A model generated the notes under the pieces. That model worked only from the letters and a program-made list of their open reading frames with translations, was not told where the DNA came from and searched no databases. The position numbers and the translations under genes are program-made. A stretch of 64,000 nucleotides of DNA from Amphiscolops sp. MND2022. Taxonomy: Eukaryota. How positions within the stretch are numbered: position 1 is the first letter of the stretch; each line of letters starts with the position of its first letter. The stretch is taken from the NCBI GenBank assembly GCA_964187785.1, contig OZ076409.1, forward strand, positions 20,586,001-20,650,000, in the 5' to 3' direction. Below are positions 59,717-64,000 of this stretch, piece by piece.

Positions 59717-60439
59717 GCGGTATCCTTTACAATTTTTTGAGGTTTTCAGCAGAGAAAAAGTAAATTGCGAGTCTAAGAAGGTTCACACTCTCGGTTCTGT
59801 GCAACCTTTCGTTTTTTTAAATGATTCCAGATAAGAAAGATTTTTTGAGCCATAAGGTTCACCCTTGAATAGTATTCGGCACTGAAACTTTCATCGAACA
59901 TTTTCCCCACAGGCCCTAAAACAACCAAAGATGTCACCCTTAAGACTCGGAAAACGGTTTTACTTAACCGAAAACTCAAAAAACCAAAAATTGTGCAATA
60001 AAATTGATTTTTTTTCAAAAAAATGTCTTCGATTAGTCTCAAAGTGCCGAATAACTGTGAGGGGTCCTCTATGCTCGCAAAACGCTTTGTTTTGCTAAAA
60101 AGTAAAGGTGGTTTTGGAAAAAAGTCGCATAGTATCAGAAAAACCAAAGAAGATCTTTTGTTTTTTCTCTACCTTTTCCAGCTTAAGAAAATTGGCTCGA
60201 CAAATTTTGTACATCAACGTCGTCGGCTGGCACATACATGAATTTCGTTGAATTTCTCAAAAAGGGAAAATAAAAAGTCTGCATCTTCTAATCATTTTGC
60301 TATCAATCACGACACTTACATGCTTGAAAAGATGAACCTTGAAAAGTGAAAAGTTTCAGAACAAATCTCTTGAATAATTGACCAAATATGGCAGTTTGAT
60401 TGCGACAGGTTAGTGTGTGGGAATTAACGTGGCCTCACA

Positions 60440-60617
60440 ATGTTTGACAACTTCTTGAAGTTCATCCAGAGTCTGAAGGAGAAACGGTACAGTGGGCTGG
60501 GGGACAGACTCAACTATTACTACACACCCTACATCTTCGGGGCTCTCGCCATGGCAGGCACCTTCACAAACTACGTGGAGGACCCACTCGACTGCTGGAC
60601 ACCTGAATACTTTACAA
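60440..60617 (+). CDS. Innexin (gap-junction/pannexin family), first coding exon
   Basis: MFDNFLKFIQSLKEKRYSGLGDRLNYYYTPYIFGALAMAGTFTNYVEDPLDCWTPEYFT matches the innexin DRLNYxxT-TM1-YxxxP(I/L)xCWxPxxF pattern; GC-rich codons; phase-1 donor A|GTAGGT at 60618; later exons not found in the window. Confidence 0.92.
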
Positions 60618-60918
60618 GTAGGTTTTTCATATAGTCGACCAAAACCCCCTCCCTCCGGCATGGCCTATTCGCTGCTTTGCCGACAACACAGTCCATTACC
60701 ACAAATAACTCAAATTAATCGGATCTATCTTGACCTTCTTGAATTTCGATGTTTTCGGAGTTATCCATATTTCAATATTGGGAAGTTTGTGAAATAACGT
60801 AATTTGAATTAAGATTAGTACAGTTTAGAACTTTTCTGTTTTTTAGCTTTCTAAAAGAGAGATCACTCATGTGATGGAAAGGAGATGAATAAGGATATGA
60901 TAGGATAAGTGATGATAA

Positions 60919-61882
60919 CCCTGGTTGAGAAAAAATGCGTTCCTTGCAAGGATCTTGCAAGATCCTTGTAAAAATGCAATTACTTGTAAGATCTTGCAAG
61001 GAAATTTTTTCCTTGCAAGATCTTGCAAGGTAATTTTTTCCTTAGAAAATTTTTCAGAAATATTAACTTGCATGATTTTCCAAAAAAAATCACGGAACCA
61101 TGGAAGTGTAAGGAACAAAAAGCAAAAATTCTAAATTGTCAAAGTTTCAAATTGGATTCATGAACCGATCCTTTGGCCATAGTTTCTGCAGAAATTGTGC
61201 TTATTCGAGATCATTTTCATTGTTGTTGGGTGTTATTTTGTTAATTTTTCAATTCAAAAACCAGTTCTTATGGTCTGATCAGTTTTATGATTCATCGAGT
61301 TTAGTCTATCTGACGACAGATCCGGAATGCTTTCATTAATTTTACACATTTTCTCTGATTCTACATTTCTTCTTTTCTGAGACCCGCAGGAGGCCACGTT
61401 CTTGTCGTGGGTCTCGTCAAGTGCGATACTATGTATCTCACGAGCTGAGTGCCTCCCTAAAAATGCAGCATAAGGACTTCGGCAAGCAATTATTGTGAGC
61501 TCTGTTGACAGGTAGCTGCCATTTCCGACATTCTTACTATCTTTTTTATACATGGTTATACTGTGATCTTAGTATCGTAAGTATGTTTTGACAACCCAAT
61601 TAATTTTCCAATGAATTTTTTTCCTTGCCAGAATCTTTCAAGGAAACACTTCCTTGCAAGAATCTTCCAACGAATTTTTTTCCTTGCAAGAATCTTTCAA
61701 GGAAACAGTATTCCTTGCAAGAATCTTTCAAGGAAACAGTATTCCTTGCAAGAATCTTACAAGGAAATTTATTCCTTGCAAGATTCTTGCAAGATGTCTT
61801 GCAGAAAAATGCATTATCTTGCAAGACCTTGAAAGAAAATCTTGCAAGATCCTTGCAAGGAACGCATTTTTTTCAACCAGGG
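60919..61882. mobile_element. Non-autonomous TIR element (CMC/EnSpm-like MITE) with CTTGCAAG subterminal repeats, in the innexin intron
   Basis: TIRs CCCTGGTTGAGAAAAAATGCGTTCCTTGCAAGGATCTTGCAAGA / TCTTGCAAGATCCTTGCAAGGAACGCATTTTTTTCAACCAGGG; 2-bp TSD AA; 31-bp higher-order repeats at 61650-61780. Confidence 0.88.
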
Positions 61883-63420
61883 AAGTAAAGAGATGATAGG
61901 ATAAGTGTTGAACGGTAGATTTGTAACTATATCAAAAATTTAGTTTACAAGCGGAGACTTGGATTGATTCAAATGCGTGAAGTTGATAGGAATAAACAGC
62001 GTAGTTAATAGTGCGCTTTCAATCTCGTGAGCGTTCGCGCGCTGGTAGTTTCTTTTACTTTTAGCTGGTAGGTAGTAAGACGCTTTTCTAGTGTGTGAGT
62101 CCTCTGTAAAAGTTAGCAGGACGATGGGAACTTTTATCGTTTTACCATCATCGATTTCACGTTCGCTGGTATTCATTCCACAATGAGAAGCTGATGAAAC
62201 GCTGAAATGAATACACGACAGTCGCTTGACGCTTCGCTGGCTGTCGAGCTACATTTTTCATCGTTATTTCTCTGTTATTTCAATTTTATGTTTTCCTCGT
62301 TTGTGGCATGTTTTCTGCATGGAATTGTTTCCTGTTTACCAACTTTCAATGCAGAATATTGATTAAAGAGGCTCATATAAAAATAAATAGATAGCTCAGA
62401 TTCAGAGGAGAAAAGGATTACAATTAAGTAACAAAGAGTTGTCCAAAACCATGTGTTTCAATAGACAACTCCATAATGCCCATAGATAAGTATGGTTGAC
62501 ACAAAATGTTCACTATTTATGTAATAGAACTGTATTTCGATCATGCTGGAGATATTTTGTCTGGGGCTATTCTGTTCCGGGTGCTTTTGTCTGAGGCCTG
62601 GGGTGCTTTTCATGGTGGCGATTTGGTCTTAGGCATTTTTGCCTGTACACGCAAATGATGATATGACGTCATAGATCTCGTGTAAAGAACCAGATTGGAA
62701 AAAAAATGTATCGATGCGATTCAACATACATTGCTCGACTTGTTGGGTTATACAAAAACGCTTGTATAAAAGATATTTTCCATTTCGATTTAAAAAAGAT
62801 GTTCGAGTTTTAAATTTGTAGATTGTTGGTGGGATTATTCACAGAATCGTAGGATGTAGTTTAAGACGTTTGGATCAATGTGAAGGCTGATTCTGGTAGC
62901 TAATGTGTTCGAACCATCGGCATGTTCCTGGCTTTATTTTACTTTGAAAGAAAGTAAATTTCCAAAAACTCTGCAACTTTTGATCAAAAACGAAGATGTC
63001 AATTTTCAAAAACACTCACAACTAGCTGGAAAGAAGTCAATGTTTTGTTTTACTATGGTGAAAAAAACTTCAGGTACATCGAGTAAAATAGCTTGAACAA
63101 AAGAGAAGCAAGTATTTATGCAATAACTCGACGAAATCAGAAAAACTGCTTGATTTTTACCAGTTTCATTACCGTATTGAAGGAATACACTTTCGAGAAC
63201 ATCTACTGCCTATCTCATTACTTTATTATTGACTTTAAATTCAGAGATGTCTATACAACACGATCACAAACAAACATGAAAACTATAGGAAGATAAACAG
63301 GAAATGGAAGGCGTTAAAGTCCGGAAAAGTGGACTTTAGAGTTTGGAGTAGAAACAAACCTAAAGTTTTTTAGTTTCCTTTTTTTGCCGAAAAACTGACG
63401 TTTTTGTGGTCGACTGGTAG

Positions 63421-64000
63421 TGTTATACGGTGCAATACCGTGTCCGAATTTATTCGGTTCATCAAGTGCCAATCAAAAACAGACTGTTGAACAACAAAGT
63501 ATAATTGTTCCTATTTTTGTTGATACATATTTATATATACATATGTATGTTAGATTAATCTTTTGGAACCATTGTTGCATAGAATTGATATAGAATATAG
63601 TTTGGCACAAAGATACTTTAGTACTGCAATTCATCTTTTTAATTTACCAAGTGGAAATACAACATGGCGCACTCAGCAAACTAACTTATTTCAATTCTGA
63701 CGAAACAAAGAAACAATGACACAAGAAGCAACACAACTCGAGGTACCGAACTTCGAAGCAACAACAGACGGAAAGAAAATCTTTACACCGAAACAATGGC
63801 TTGAACGATTCCGGCAATACACAAAACGGAAATACAAAACGGACATTGCGGAACTAATCCGGGGCGAAGAAATAACACAAACAGATTGGGCCACGAAAGA
63901 AAACCAGGTACAAGATGATTTTGTATGGGGTATTGGCCCAGAAGCTCTATACCAAATGACAAGAGCAGAATACAAGACCGAGCCGGACAAAATCGCAATC
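63421..64000 (+). mobile_element. 5' end of a third family-B-related Ty3/Gypsy element (copy B3), truncated by the window
   Basis: Putative LTR 63421-63664 (TGTTATAC...TACAACA), PBS TGGCGCACTCAGCA at 63665; predicted TSD GGTAG. Confidence 0.88.
63716..64000 (+). CDS. gag: Gag N-terminus of Gypsy B3 (open to window end)
   Basis: MTQEATQLEVPNFEATTDGKKIFTPKQWLERFRQYTKRKYKTDI...DDFVWGIGPEALYQMTRAEYKTEPDKI, colinear with B2 Gag (FTPKQWLERFRQFTKR, WGVGPEALYQITRAEYKTDPD). Confidence 0.9.
   Translation, partial: MTQEATQLEVPNFEATTDGKKIFTPKQWLERFRQYTKRKYKTDIAELIRGEEITQTDWATKENQVQDDFVWGIGPEALYQMTRAEYKTEPDKIAI

Noticed and set aside
61390..61500. Second innexin exon after TTTTCTGAGACCCGCAG
   Set aside because: Phase-1 reading hits a stop, lacks the expected YxxxYCW motif, and lies inside a MITE.
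1..64000. Species assignment (repeat load and gene content would fit a marine invertebrate such as an acoel)
   Set aside because: Cannot be established from the sequence alone without a database search.

Overview
AT-rich, repeat-dense eukaryotic (animal, invertebrate-like) genomic DNA with spliceosomal introns; no prokaryotic genes, rRNA, intact tRNA or CRISPR array. Two host genes point away from each other. On the minus strand, five exons (17515 down to 9793) splice in frame into the extracellular domain of a divergent anion-type Cys-loop receptor (RDL/GABA-A/GlyR-like); its transmembrane exons are not in the window. On the plus strand is the first coding exon of an innexin (60440-60617). 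The rest is mostly transposons. There are four Ty3/Gypsy LTR elements with tRNA-Ser-type primer sites: one intact and very young (32500-37910, single 1553-aa ORF) and three related copies of a second family (21003-29061 decayed, 54069-59716 frameshifted, 63421-end truncated by the window). There is also a 5'-truncated CR1/L2-group LINE, a tRNA-derived SINE, three families of Helentron/DINE-1-like non-autonomous rolling-circle elements, and CCC...GGG-ended MITEs with 2-bp TSDs. The best candidate for something undescribed is in the second Gypsy family: an exon with no initiator ATG, behind a conserved splice acceptor downstream of the pol stop. It shows codon-level (synonymous) conservation between two divergent copies and reads through the PPT into the 3' LTR. 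All alignments were done by eye.
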